Positions 1 through 13,211 of a stretch of 64,000 bases of DNA are shown piece by piece. Source of the DNA: Antedon mediterranea (lineage: Eukaryota; Animalia; Echinodermata). The stretch spans positions 20,009,432 through 20,073,431 of the forward strand of contig NC_092679.1 in NCBI RefSeq assembly GCF_964355755.1. The letters run 5' to 3'. Made by a program: the position numbers and the translations under genes. The notes beneath the pieces were generated by a model that made no database searches, had not been told where the DNA came from, and was given only the letters and a program-made list of their open reading frames with translations. Numbering within the stretch: position 1 is the stretch's first letter; each line of letters begins with the position of its first letter.

Positions 1-271
1 TTCGTCCAAAGCTTTGGAAAATTGGGCAGATTCTAGGAAGTCATAAAATACACCGGATTAAGATTAAATCAATTTTATAAGCTTTAATAGTACAGTTGGG
101 CCTGGAAATTGAACTTCTTGATTCAGGGTTACCCAAGTGTTCCTTCTTGTGATACCACTCCTTTCAAAAAGAACTTTTAATATGTCGTTATTATTATGAT
201 GGTGAATATATTATGATGTTGTTGATAATAATGGAGAAGATAGTGATGTAGCGCAATGATGATAAGTAAAT

Positions 272-470
272 TTTGATTTGCGACGACCAAACTATGTCAT
301 GTTAATACATTGCGTCGTCCATGCAAAGACATTGGGACGTGTGTCCTAGATCCCCGCTCTCCCCACCTTGACACAGGTTTGATGGTTTCTAGATCCAGAC
401 GACGACCGACAACACATCGATTGACCTGGCATAGGTTGGTCATTTGTCGTCGCAGAACGAAAGCTCCCTA
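272..470. mobile_element. Degenerate MITE
   Basis: Left TGCGACGACCAAACTATGTCA mirrors right TGGCATAGGTTGGTC...GTCGTCGCAGAACGAAAGCTCCCTA. Confidence 0.55.
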
Positions 471-1344
471 ATAAGAGGTGATGATAATGTAAATAATTAA
501 GTTTTTCCTATTTTTATAAGTTGTACAAGACTGCTTCTCCTTCTGAAGGTTTTATGAAATAAATACATTTTCAGTACTAACTGTATGTCATATTATATGA
601 TATTGAGTATGATAAAGGTGACAATGATGATGACAAAGGCATAGCTAACAAGAAACTAGCCGACTTAATGGCAACAACAATGATCAGAAGGAGCACAACA
701 GCAATGATAAGTATAATAATGAAGAAATTCAAAACCACAAGTTATGTTAATTAAAATAACTTGTCCTCGAGGAGAAACGAAACCATGCAATCATCTGCAA
801 CGTCATGTGACTTGATCAAAACATCTTCAACATTATATCATATTAAATCATTGTTCTTGGCAGTAACCAATCAAATCCAGCTAAAGTAAGTTAATGAACT
901 TTTAATTACACCTCAAGGAACGAAGAACACAGAAGTTGGCTCAGACTGCACAACTTGAGTGTGATGTAAAGAACAGGTAGATGAAATTGTGCATGGAAAA
1001 CGGCACTTTAGGGAAATCTGACGACTTAAAGCTGCAGTTTTAGAAAGAAATACATCTCCTGTGTAGTATGTACTGTAGAATACCAATTAAGGGGACATTT
1101 TTTAGGACCTAACAAAGTTTCTCCTAAATAGGAATGTCTCTTGAATAGGGGTTAGATGTGGTGTTAAAAGACATATTGCTCCTTGTTTGTTAAATGGGAA
1201 GTGTCTCTTTAATGGTGTCCCCTGATTAGGGTTGTATCAAAGGAGGGGTTTTATTATGCTTGATAGTATTTCTCTGATAGTTAGATACTGCGAATAAGAT
1301 CAGCTTGATTGCAATGATCCAAACCTATGCTTGACTTTTGTCGA

Positions 1345-1420
1345 CCCAACATCCAGGACCACGCTTCTGACCTCCCAACATCCAGGGCCATCCTGACCTC
1401 CCAACATCCTGGGCCATGCA
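1345..1420. repeat. ~26-bp tandem repeat x3
   Basis: (TGACCT)CCCAACATCC(A/T)GG(A/G)CCA. Confidence 0.75.
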
Positions 1421-1504
1421 TAACCTCACCCGGTTGTTTTCAAAAACTTCTGTACAAAAAACTCTTTCCAAACCACTCCTGATAACAAATGGGAACCAGA
1501 ATAA

Positions 1505-1664
1505 AGCTTGGCCTACACTATAAAACTAGTTTGACAAAAAAAGTGTGATGTGCCTAAATATGGTAGTGATATGCCCAAATATGATAGTGATATGATTTCA
1601 TCATGTCCATATATGGGCACATCACATTTTGTTGTCACATAACTTTAATAGTGTAGACAGAGCT
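1505..1664. mobile_element. MITE-A (PIF/Harbinger-type, ~160 bp)
   Basis: Family TIR AGCTCTGTCTACACTATCAAACT, internal 21-bp repeat GCCCAAATATGGTAGTGATAT, TWA flanks. Confidence 0.9.
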
Positions 1665-2286
1665 TTAGCCAAATGTTAATTTTTAAAATTATTGATTCAA
1701 ATACACAAGAGATATCATGTTCAGAATAATATTCAAGTCTTGTATTTTGTTCAATACATTTATTGATATCCATTAGAAATTTAATGACAGTATGTTTAGT
1801 TAGTTTGTGCAATACATTTTATGCTATTATATCCAGTATAATCTTACAAAGAAATCTGATTATAATTCTGGTCAGATAGTTTTCAATTAGCGCTCATATT
1901 TTCGAAGAATTACATCTTTTAATAGAAATCGTTCATTAGCGCTGTTGAAGGAGAAATTAAATAAAAGCCTCAAGTAACCGTTTTCCTTGAGTTTAGTTTT
2001 AAGTATGGTTTTAATTAATTGTGCACTATTATCAAACCTATTTAGGAAAAAGCTAATTTATTTACCTCATTTTGATGTAGCTTAAACTTCACGGACGATG
2101 ATTTTGCGAAGGTTGCAATAAATTTAATTTGCGTACCACCCATGTTTTGCATAATTTTACAGATGGTGATTTAAGAATACAATTTAAGTAATAGTGAGAG
2201 GATATGGTAATTTATTTCAATCAATCAAATATTTCAGTGGGATTGAACCATATAATGATATGTTAGGAGGAATAAAAAAAATGTTA

Positions 2287-2470
2287 AGCTCTGTCTACAC
2301 TATCAAACTTAATGTGACAAAAAACTGTGATGTGCACATATATGGACATGATGATGTCATATCACTACCATATTTGGGATTATCACTACCATATTTGGGC
2401 ACATCACAATTTTGTAGTAATATGACATCATCATGTCCATATATGGGCACATCCACTTTTTTGTCACATG
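2287..2470. mobile_element. MITE-A, rearranged foldback copy
   Basis: One intact TIR. The same half of the element occurs in both orientations. Confidence 0.85.
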
Positions 2471-3694
2471 ATTTATTCTTTGACCTTTTGAAAGTAAATA
2501 CTATTGAAATGTGTAACTTATTAAGTAAAATCTTAATTAAGCTATGTTGTTTTCCTTCCTCCTTTTGTAAACATTCATTAATCATGTCCGCACTATCGAT
2601 CGGCTGATTCTGTTGTCATGAACGCTAACAGATAAATCAAGCGAATTCCTCCGCAAATAAGTTATGAGCACCTGACCGGTCTTAATGATGAGTTTGGTCA
2701 ATAGTAATTATGTTATGACATAGACAGGAATCCGTTTCGACGTCAAATTGCCTTAATTAGTATGGATTGTATGTAGAATCAAGATTTTAATCGCTCAAGG
2801 TATGAGAATGCATAGAAGGTACATAGCATAATGTGGTACAACATATAGATATTGCAATGTAAATCTAATGAGATGAGTTAGTTAGCCCCATTGTTTCATT
2901 TTGATTAGGTAATAGAATAAATCTATAGGAGAGAGGTTGAGGCAGAGGGTAATTAAACAGTGTGCAAGGAAAAAGAACTTTATGACATATATGCCATTCT
3001 CACAGATTTGATCATCTTCATTATTTATAAATTAATTAATATAATTTAATATCACTGGCAAGTTTAGTGTTTAATTTATATTTCTATTTCATACACAGTT
3101 ATTTTATTTATTCCTTTCAGTAAAACAAACATAAAAGGGAGCACTGAGGAGAGAGAAGAGCTATCAAAGACAACTATTGCCAAAGGGCGTGCCTCTCCAA
3201 CTCCAGACAAACAATACAAACAAAATAAACTAAAGAATTATAAAAATAGAGTATGTACAATATTAAAAATCAAATTTGTGATGAATTTGTTATAAATGTA
3301 TGAATAAAAGACCTATTATTATTATTTAACTTGCTATATTAATATTGGAATACATCAAACCAATCTGTTAAGTACACTTAGAAATGTTTAATTTATCAGA
3401 AATGTTAAGATAAATAATTTAAACGACCTAATTAATTTGCGTGAGATTGCCAGCAACAGAAATAAGTGGCTTTTGTTATTTTGAATCTTTATTTTTACGT
3501 TATTTTATATTTTTTGTTGTTGTAGGATGCATGCATATAAGAATGTGTCAGATTTTGTAAATCCACAGTGCATGGTTTTGTTACATTTTTTGGAATAAAG
3601 TTACCTATATATATATATATATATATATATATTAATATCATTTAACACTACATGTGAATGGAATAGAATAGAATCAGTTACAATGGTGACACTA

Positions 3695-3760
3695 GGTCAG
3701 GGTTGAACCAGGAACCTTGGGATTGGAAGGCACGGAGGATAACCACCAAGCTACGGCTCC
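3695..3760 (-). mobile_element. Old tRNA-derived SINE head (tRNA-like pseudogene)
   Basis: Minus strand GGAGCCGTAGCTTGGTGGTTA...GCCTTCCAATCC...GGTTCAACCCTGACC-TAGT. A and B boxes present, poor cloverleaf. Confidence 0.55.
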
Positions 3761-4415
3761 ACTACCAAAGAGAAACTTTTTTTGCGCTTTTTATTGTTGC
3801 TGCTAAATAAAAGCTTAACCTAGAAGATTAATATATGCAGAGTTAATAAGCATCTACACTTAGCAGATTATGGCTTTTATTTATAGGTTTTAATCCAACG
3901 GAAATATAGCTATTCAGTATCGATTCATTACTTCCCATTTGAGGGTGTGGTACCGCTATTCATCAAGGCCTTAGGCATATTCTCCATTCATTTTAATTTC
4001 TGTCTTCTACTAAATATTTTTCCTTCTAATTACATACTGGTATATGTATGTTTTATAGTATTTTGTAGATAAACATATAACAATGCAATATGTATGTTAT
4101 TGTTAGTTGTTGTTGAGTCACAGGAATAAATGCAATGCTAATTTTAATAATTGCAATAATGAGTAATATGGTATATTAATATCATATGGTTGACGCAGCA
4201 TTAAGGGTGGAGCATCATATACCAATAATGGCATTGTTGTTGATGAGACTAGTAACCTCTTTGTTATGGTAAATGCGGCCTCTGGGAGAATTTGTAACAA
4301 TACTTTTGAAGCTCCTGGGAGAACATCCATCTAATAACGCTTCTATTGCATTCATCTTAATGAATCTGAATTCTCTCAGATATTAACAAAGTATCATAAA
4401 GGAGAACACAGGTTT

Positions 4416-4792
4416 ACACCATGTTTTTCCAGAAATAAAGTGTGATTGAAAATGCCTCAACTTTTCTGGTCTTTACCTGGTTGAAAATACCAGATTGATT
4501 AAGTTTCACTAATGAGAAATTTGCACGGAATATGGAAAGAAAACACTGGGAAAACAAGTCATAAAAACAAGGATTCAATTCTATTACAAAACCTTACAAA
4601 AACAGGATGTATATAAAAAAATTAGTTTTGCTTTCACCCTACAAATTTATTTTTTTTCTTAATACTTCCTTATGGAATGTATGGGAATGTTTCCTTAAGG
4701 ATCACGTGGGAATTTTGAAAGTTTTACTTATGGAACGCATGGTCAATGTTCTTTATGGACACTGTAACCGCAGCAGTTTTCTGCAAATGGTG
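4416..4792. mobile_element. Possible CAC...GTG-ended non-autonomous DNA element
   Basis: TA-CACCATGTTTTTCCAGAAA ... TTTTCTGCAAATGGTG-TA with internal GGAATG repeats. Confidence 0.4.
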
Positions 4793-7189
4793 TAAAATGA
4801 AGTCAATACTAGTTTGAATGGATTACATCGTTACCAAATATAATTGGCAGCACAATTTAAACGACAAATATACCAACATCTACTGAACTAATATCTTCTA
4901 CCAAAGAAAATTGTGTGTCCTTAAACGATGGATATCTGGATAATATATGTAACTGAATCTAATTTTTAGAACAATGTGACTAGTTAATGCTTGCTTATGA
5001 ATTCCAGGGTCCTGGGTTTAAATCCTACCATAACAGTACTGGATTTTTTTCTACTAGCCTTTGCATTTCATTGGGATACCCTTATTTTAGGTAGTAAATT
5101 ATTTTATTCTGCGCTATATACAGTAGGCTTATAATATTAAATGCGAAATGTTGCTAAAACACCAAAATATACTTTAAATTGAATAAAACCGATTTTTGAT
5201 GAACATAACTATTTTTCGAGGTTCTTTTGCAAAGTGAAAGTATTAGGCATTTATGGTTCATTTTGCGTCCAAAAAAAAAAAAGAAGAAATTGAACAATAG
5301 AAAATGCGGTGATTCATAATTTGTCAGATACGGGCTTAACAAAAACCAAATGCAGACACAAAGATGGCATACAATTGTCATGATTACCAGGTGTGTATGA
5401 TCTCTTTCTGAATGATGAGTGCCTGGGAATTTAATGCAAGTGTTCTATTTGCAGAATGGTTTGAAAGGGATGGGGAAGGGAAAATAATGAATAATAGTAT
5501 CTAGTTTAAACAAATATTCAAGGTATACAGTCATCAGTATAATAAAAAAGATTCCTGAAGAGCCGTGAGAAAACAATTATTGGTTTTCCTGGAACAGGAA
5601 TCACAGATCATGTAGGTCTATTATCAACACACCACAATGTCGGCAAAACACCACATTAACGTTGAATTAAACATGTTGTACAGAATGGAACAAGGTGGTA
5701 TTGTAGCCTGGAGATTACCATTCATGTCTACCAATCTCGGAGTTCTGGACTCAAATCCCCAAAAAAATTCCCACTTAAAGCTGCTTTCACATTGTGCCTG
5801 TATTCGGTCCAACGCCCTGGCTGAGAAAAATATTGTAGGAGAAAAATATTATGGGAGAAAAATTTGATTTGCACTCCAAATGCAGAGCAATAGATCAAGA
5901 AGCAATTTGTTTCCTGAAATCGTACAATTTTTTCCTTTGATCAATCAACAGTGACCATGAATGACCTCGCTTGACAACGGATAACCAATCTCGTGCTCAA
6001 TGCTCACGATATATTCTCAGGGCGCGGGACTGAATCCGGGCGTAATGTGAAAGTAGCTAAAGCCTTTAACTATGACCATTCTTTATGAAACACTGAATCA
6101 TCCCCTAGTTCATCATCACCCATTTAACACAAGCAAGATGTGTGTAGATTTAATCCATTCCCATCTTTTAATTGACAGGTAATCTGTGATAGTGTATAAA
6201 TATACAATAACAGTTAAACCCTTCCATGTGTACATACCGTACCTGAACTAAAATGACTCATAGCGTGTCCGGATGAAAAACCAAAAGATTTTGAAAAACC
6301 CACAACAAAGATTCATTAAAGGTGATTGAATTATGAGAATCGGCCAATCAATGAGTCAGAAGATTAACGACGATGTGGTAATGAGTAATGTTGCATGATG
6401 GTATACATGTTTAAAAGGGACAATCTCCTTATTTCAGGACATAGATTAAAATGCACATATTTCAACATCGTTTATGATGATTGATAACCCCATGCTTTCT
6501 ATAAAGTTTCATAAATAAAGAGGTCTGACAATAACTTTTGTGCAGTGAATTCACTGAACTTAAATCACCTTACGAGAAAAAGTAAAGTAATAATTTTTGC
6601 AAATATTTTATATGTTAACATCCCCTATACGCAAAAGCATTTCTGAATTCGGGAAAATGGAAAACACTTTCCCTAACTAACTAAAACTTCCTAAAAGTAC
6701 AAATATTAGAAAGGTCAGCAAATCTAAACTACAGATTATATAGAATTTCCTGAGAATGATTTGAAATAAATACTGGTGATAGTTTTATTGAAGGCCATAT
6801 GATCTGGGTTTACTAAAAATAGGCCAATTATGGATTGTGCATAATAAAACACAAAAACAGGTTAAATAGTATATTAATGATTCAAGCCAAGGCTGCATGA
6901 GTAATATGGGAACACTGTACAATACAGGGTGACTTTTATTTAGCGACCAATGATGGATCCAGGATTTTGATTCAGGGCAAGAAATGGTAAAAAGAAGTGC
7001 TGAACTTTATGTCCTATCTTTTGCACTGCAATTAATAAAATTTAGAGGATAGGATGCAGGAGGAGGGAGAAGGGGAATGGGCATTGTCGATTAACTTATA
7101 TGAATTAAAGAATATTTACTTTATTCATAAATCATTTGTTAAAAATGTTTTCACTTTAATATATCTTTACATAATGGTGGCCCTCTGTT

Positions 7190-7462
7190 TTCATGACACG
7201 TGCAATCATGTAAACTATTGAGTCTAATAGTCATTCTGTGCAAGCTCATGTTTTAAACGGTGTGCAGAATGACTTTCCAACTCAACAGCTGCTATGCAAC
7301 CATGTAACTATTGAGTCTATTCTGTGCATGCTCATAATGTTTTACAGTGTATGCAGAATTACTTTGCAACTTAACAGCTGCTATGCAACCATGGGACTAT
7401 TGAGTATAATAGTCATTCTGTGTTCTCAGTATCTGCAGAATGACTTTCCAACTCAACAGCTA
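7190..7462. repeat. ~85-95-bp tandem repeat, about 3 copies
   Basis: Recurring ACTATTGAGT...TTCTGTG...GCAGAATGACTTTCCAACTCAACAGCT. Confidence 0.85.
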
Positions 7463-9100
7463 CATAGTCAAACAGTGCATCATGAAAATGAAAGGGTATA
7501 CTCAATTCTATGTACTGTTTTGGTAATCGATATACTCCTGAAGATCAGAATGAATACACTATCCAATGGCAATCATTTATTCAAAAAATGATTATTTTAC
7601 AATACCGCTATCAATATAATTATTATTAAGGCTAGTCTTCCAAAAGACCCAGATTTAAACTTGGGGTCAATTTCAGCTTGATTGTTAAGGAAAGCCCTAC
7701 CTAGTGAGGAAATGGCCATGCCCTACCTCCATATGGAACTGAGTTTATAAAACGATGAAAGATATTGCACAATTTGTTACATTATTGTACTAAATAATTA
7801 ATATGATCTTCTAGAAGATATAGAGGGCGCATGATGAGAGACACGAAGTTGTCATGGACACGACTTCTTGAGCTGAATAAAAGAACAGTCTATTTGTATT
7901 TACATCTGTCTCTAGTTTCAGTATCTATAACATAATGAAACATAACATAACACAATTATAAACAAATTTTGCTGGTAGGCTACTGTACTTTTTGTTCAAG
8001 GATGTTATACAGTACAACATAATAGTACAGTTCATTGTATTTGCAATAGCATGGATCACGTCATCAACTAGACCAATTCATACAGTATCAAGAATTAGTA
8101 AGGGGTCCCAGAGAAGAAGCAGCCCACTGCAACCGCCCAGCGTTGAGGGCCCCTTAGGAGTGCTAACCAGGGAACTTTGACAGTGGGGTGACGTAGAGAC
8201 CTGAGGCCCCTGGTTTAGGACTCTAAGTGGCCCTCCAACACTGGACATATTTTAATGCCTGTGTTTTCCTCTAAGCACATGCTCAGGTGCCCATAAGTGA
8301 GCGCTCATAGACGTTAGACCACTGGCCGTGTAATCCACCAATGAGAGTAACACACATTTACCAAAAAAAGAAATAGTTTAGTTGAAAAATGCAATTTTCA
8401 AATATTAGAAGTTTCTCTTTTCTCCGTAATTGCAATCCTTCTATTCCAACATAATGTGTCAATGTTACTGCGAGAGGGTTACAATAACTTATTTATAGCT
8501 ACAACTTAACCAAGACACAAGAAAAACATGTTTTTCTACTAGAGGCTACAAACAAGTAATAAATGATCACGACATTTACCCTGTAGGAAGAGATTTTAAT
8601 TTCATATAATAGACATGTGTCTTATTATCGGCCTTAGGTGTCACATGGCAGACATGTGTAATATCTTGTGACGCAAACGAAAATGACAAGACAATTGACG
8701 GAGGAAAAATACAAATGATTTAAAATCACAAAGGAATAGTATCTTTGTATAGAGAGAGCTTTTGATTGGACAATAGTGACATAGACTGATAGTTTAATAT
8801 TGTGGGATTTTTTAGAGCTCAGGAAGATGAATTTTTAAATCAAGGTAACGATGTACTGTATATTATATTAAAAAGAACCCATGGGTGTTTGTGGTATTAT
8901 TATATAAGGCAAAGTTATATAGGTTATTTCAGTGCCCTTTTATATAGCTTTATGGTTTAGATTTGAGTTTCCTGGCAAATGCTTAGTTCCAAACCATCAA
9001 CGGAAAAAGGTTATAGAATACACTGTATGTTTATGTGAACAATGTGTTAAATACTGCAACTGTTCATATTATATACAAGTATGTACAATAGGCCTACTAA

Positions 9101-9278
9101 AGCTTTGTCCACACTATCAAACTACAGGTACTTTGACAAAAAAAAGTGTGATGTTCCCCAATAGGGTAGTGATATGCTTAAATATGGTACTACTGTAGTG
9201 ACAATGACATCATCATGTCCATAAATGGACACAACCCCTTTTTTTTGTCACATAAAGTTTGATAGTGTAGACAGAGCT
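9101..9278. mobile_element. MITE-A
   Basis: Both TIRs and a perfect TAA TSD, plus two small TA-flanked insertions. Confidence 0.9.
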
Positions 9279-9425
9279 TAAGGAACTTTAAATCATCCAG
9301 TGAGAGAAAGATGAGGAAATTGATGAGAATGAGAAAAAGTCACACCAACAGAGCTTCAAACACAGGAACATTCCCAATCATCCCATCTTAATCACAATAA
9401 CCGTTTCCGAGTTTCTAACCAAAAT

Positions 9426-9467
9426 ACATTTTGTTGTCACATAAAGTTTGATAGTGTAGACAGAGCT
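9426..9467. mobile_element. MITE-A terminal fragment
   Basis: GTCACATAAAGTTTGATAGTGTAGACAGAGCT end only. Confidence 0.8.
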
Positions 9468-9989
9468 TTATACTTTGATCTTGCTGTCCACCATCTCCCT
9501 CATTTTAATACACTGCCATTGTGTGTATGATAAACATGTGTTCAAAAAGCAAATACAACAACATATGGCTGCATGATCGACTATTATTACAACACTTAAA
9601 GCGGCCATAAATCATGCTGTAAAATCATTATGTAAAATGCGAAATCTATGAACAAATTCTCATAATTCCAGTATTAACTAGAATGTTACCTATTGGGAGT
9701 TGCGTATGAAGTGATGTGATTTAAGAGGATAGAATTTATTCAAATTTTCAAAGAGCTGCTGTAAGATATAGGGCCTGTTTTTGTTGAAAAAAAATGTAAT
9801 TGATAATCGTTCGTTGGTTGTGTAATGACGTCATTATTATCCATAGAGAGTACTGTTGGTGTGCCATTCAGTGACCTTATGAAGTGAGAAAAAAAAGTCA
9901 GACCCATATTCTTATAGTCATTATGGTTTATTGTTTATGACAAATGAATGATTTTCAGATTTGTGCATTTAAAAGTAATATAATATAAT

Positions 9990-10150
9990 ATTTCAACATT
10001 TAATAGTTTCTATTCAATGGTAAAAGCAATACAATAAAATAAGTGGTAATTTTTAATGAGACAATATAAAAATACCATTAATAGAGGATCTTGCAGGAAG
10101 AGATTTCTTGTCATGCAAGATCCATAAACGAAGAGAAAAATACATTTGTA
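9990..10150 (-). mobile_element. Retroposon 3'-tail fragment, same family as 28407-28570
   Basis: Reverse-complement match to 28407-28570 (shared GCAAGATCCTCTATTAATGGTA). Confidence 0.7.
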
Positions 10151-10162
10151 TATAATTATAAA

Positions 10163-10322
10163 TCCAGAGGCAAAATACTGAAAAAAATGACAATGCTGTG
10201 GGTATCAGTGTCTGGATCTCAATGGAGATACAAAAAGAAAAGCGAAAAGCAAATCAAAAGGATAAAGTAAAAAAGCCACAAAAGTTAGCAGAGCTTTCGG
10301 GCAAGCCCTTCATCAGTGCAAG
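10163..10322 (-). mobile_element. ~160-nt hammerhead-headed non-autonomous retroelement (PLE pLTR-derived or retrozyme-like), copy 1
   Basis: Closely similar to 36833-36996 with the same ends. Flanked by the direct repeat TATATAATTATAAA (10149-10162 and 10323-10336). Confidence 0.8.
10285..10322 (-). ncRNA. Minimal type I hammerhead ribozyme motif, intact core
   Basis: Minus strand CTTGCA-CTGATGA-A-GGGC TT GCCC-GAAAGCTC^TGCTAA, with palindromic AGCT stem III. Confidence 0.8.
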
Positions 10323-11678
10323 TATATAATTATAAAATAAATAAGGTCATCACAAAAACAGTTTGAAGGTCTAGTTTGAGTACAATGATAATAAATGATT
10401 TTAAAGTTTTTTACGAAAAGCTGAGCTTTCACACATTCTCCCTTACCCCCCCCCAACAAAAAAAGAATCATGCATGTGATGTATCGCTCATGATGGTATC
10501 TCTAGAATGCGATGACATAATAGAAAAATATTATATATGTGTCCTTGTTAAATTCATGGAAAGCAGTTGTATAAGGCATGAATAGGGATTAACTGTTACG
10601 AAATATACTTTTATTTTAAACACAGATCCGGATATAAACCACATGATTATATAGATGAGTAGACAGAACCAAATGGCCATAGTAAAAGAGAAAGTAACAA
10701 AGAACCTTGATGGCAACTTAATTATTTGATTGATAAAAAGCATAACAAAGATATTTACATTTTATTGTATATAGATAATAATAATAATGATATTTTAAAG
10801 TTGCACACAATTCATGGGACACTCCTTTTCATGGGACACTCCTTTTCATGGAACACTCCTTTTCATGGGACATCAAGAGGGCACTTTCCTTTTAAACAAA
10901 TGAGGGGAAATATAATTTTTAAAAGGCCAACCCTCTTAACACAAGATAACAATGTTATTTTTAACAATACAGCCTACTTCTATTCTGGGGAAACTATTAT
11001 TGGGACACTTATGTTAAAATGTGTTTAATTTTAAAGAAAACAAATAGTTGTTGGAGGAGAGAGATATAATGGAAATATGATTTCTTTAAGTAGATTTTTC
11101 AATAAAGATTCTAAAATAGCCCATCAAAAACTTGCGGAAACAATGTCACAATTGGTAGAAAAAGATCTTTAAAAATACAATTATATACTTTATTTTATAA
11201 TAATTTCTTGATTTTAGAAGAACGAAAATAATTTACGATTGTTTCACAAAGTTGGCCTTGAAACAATATAATAATTTTCCTATTGAAATTTTAGTTTTTA
11301 AAACTTTTTTTTTACTTCCTATTGTAAACAATTTCCGGTTCTTTGAGGTACAGATCCTGAAAAACGAAGAATGGCTAATCCTACTATCCCATTGTCATAC
11401 CCACAAATAATTGCGCAGTTGGTTGCTGCTGGTAATAAAGCTTTACGTAAATGGCAATAATTAAGGATAAAGTTGGAAAGATCCAAATTTGAATTGATCA
11501 CGCACGAGTGTTTCTATTCACGTTTGATCAGGCATAAAAGGTAGCATACACCTGCTGATTGGGCGTATGTTGATATTAGCGGTATTTGTAAATATTAGGA
11601 TAAAAAAAGAAACTTGGCATTTCATAGATTTTAAAGAAATGTTATACAAATACTGTACAGTTGTAAAATTTTAAAATA

Positions 11679-11830
11679 GAGGGTGTGAGGGGAGGGCAGA
11701 AGGTGTGAGAAGAAGAAAAGTGAATGTGGGGAAGGAGAGAGGGTGTGAGGAGAGGAGAGAAGGTTTGATGGGGAGGATTGTAGAGGGTGTGAGAAGAAGA
11801 AGTATATGAAAGGGAGGATTGAGGATGTGA
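11679..11830. repeat. Purine-rich low-complexity repeat
   Basis: Recurring GAGGGTGTGAG(G/A)AG units at ~21-bp spacing. Confidence 0.75.
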
Positions 11831-13211
11831 AAGAATCTGTGGACATAAGAGATACAAGAATAGAGAGTGGGGCTGGAAGAGCTTGGGAATAGATGGTTAC
11901 TTAGGAGTCCACTGTGTTGCCTTTGAATAAACTACACTTGGTTACATTTACTTCCATTTACCTTTGAATCTATGGCCATAAGATTTGAAAGAAACTTAAT
12001 AAATAAAAAGACCTTGTCACCAACTTCCTTTCATAGTCAATACCTTTTTACCAGCAATTCCCTTTCAATCCTTAATCCTTATAAACGGATATGACATTGT
12101 CATTTTTCTTTTCGCTAAGTCGTACCGGTAGATATCATAAAACAGGTATTACATAGCTATTGATCTTTGATTGGCTAGCAGATTTACGTATTAAACACCA
12201 AAATAGAATCAACTACAGAATAGTGCCTTTTGTATTTGTACCATTGACGTCAATTAAAACACCTAGTCGACGATTATCTGTGCCTAAAATATTCTAAAAT
12301 AGAATAAATATGGATAAATTGTATTAGGCCTAAGCTCTATAACTGAATTATAACATTTAAATAACTTTATTTATAAATTTATTGAATAAAAAAAAAGCAC
12401 GCAATCATGAATATGGGTTATAAATATAAATAGAAATAAGCAAACAAATCAGTATTATCTTTCATGTATTCAAACTTCTGTGACTATAACAATTATAATA
12501 AATAATAATTATTATAATAATAACAACAACAGTAGTAATGACAATAATAACTATATAGTAATGATAACAACAATTTTAAATGTAAATATGTATATGTTTG
12601 TATGATGTAGTATGTTTAAGAGGAAATTAGCCCTTGATGGAATTTGCACCAATAAAGAAATTTAATTGAATTGAAGTGTAAGAAAATGTTTACAAATAAT
12701 TTTGTTTTAAAGTCAAGTAAGAATGGGTATTAATATTTTAGGGTTTGAGATTTCTTTAACAGAAGATTCCTATAATTGTTTTGATATGTTATTTCAGGGC
12801 TGTAGTTATAAACTATACTGTCCCTCGTTCGATTCGTAGGAAAGACTATTATATATATTAATAATCTACTTTAATGATCTCATTTATCATCATATAAAAC
12901 CATAATAAATCATATTTCCCTTCTTACTGACACTACACAGTCTAGTCTCTTAATACCATCTCCCACTCACTATATGGTAATAATGCTGTCTACAACATCA
13001 TCTGATGCACAAACAGATCAATGCAATCTATCACATCCTCACATGGGAAAACCTCAATCACACATTGACGTAATGTTCTCAAAGCGATGACATCAAACAA
13101 ACTATAGCTCATTACTAGACAATTAATCTAATAAGAATGGTTCAATGGTTTTAAACACTGTAGAGGCTTACTTTCAAGTTCCGGGTTCAAATCTTGTCAA
13201 GCATCAGTTAA

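Noticed and set aside
2194-2607. ORFs of 137 aa (+) and 96 aa (-)
   Set aside because: They are translations of a palindromic MITE-A copy. The same peptides recur at other copies such as 49616-49849.
3695-3760. tRNA-Gly(TCC) gene
   Set aside because: The anticodon and acceptor stems do not pair. It resembles other degenerate SINE heads in the window.
4118-4380. Coding-looking minus-strand frames (70-aa ORF and an overlapping 46-aa frame)
   Set aside because: No recognisable motif or clear splice sites, so a product cannot be supported.
11631-11857. Two 71-aa Ser/Pro/His-rich ORFs
   Set aside because: They are translations of a low-complexity purine/pyrimidine repeat.
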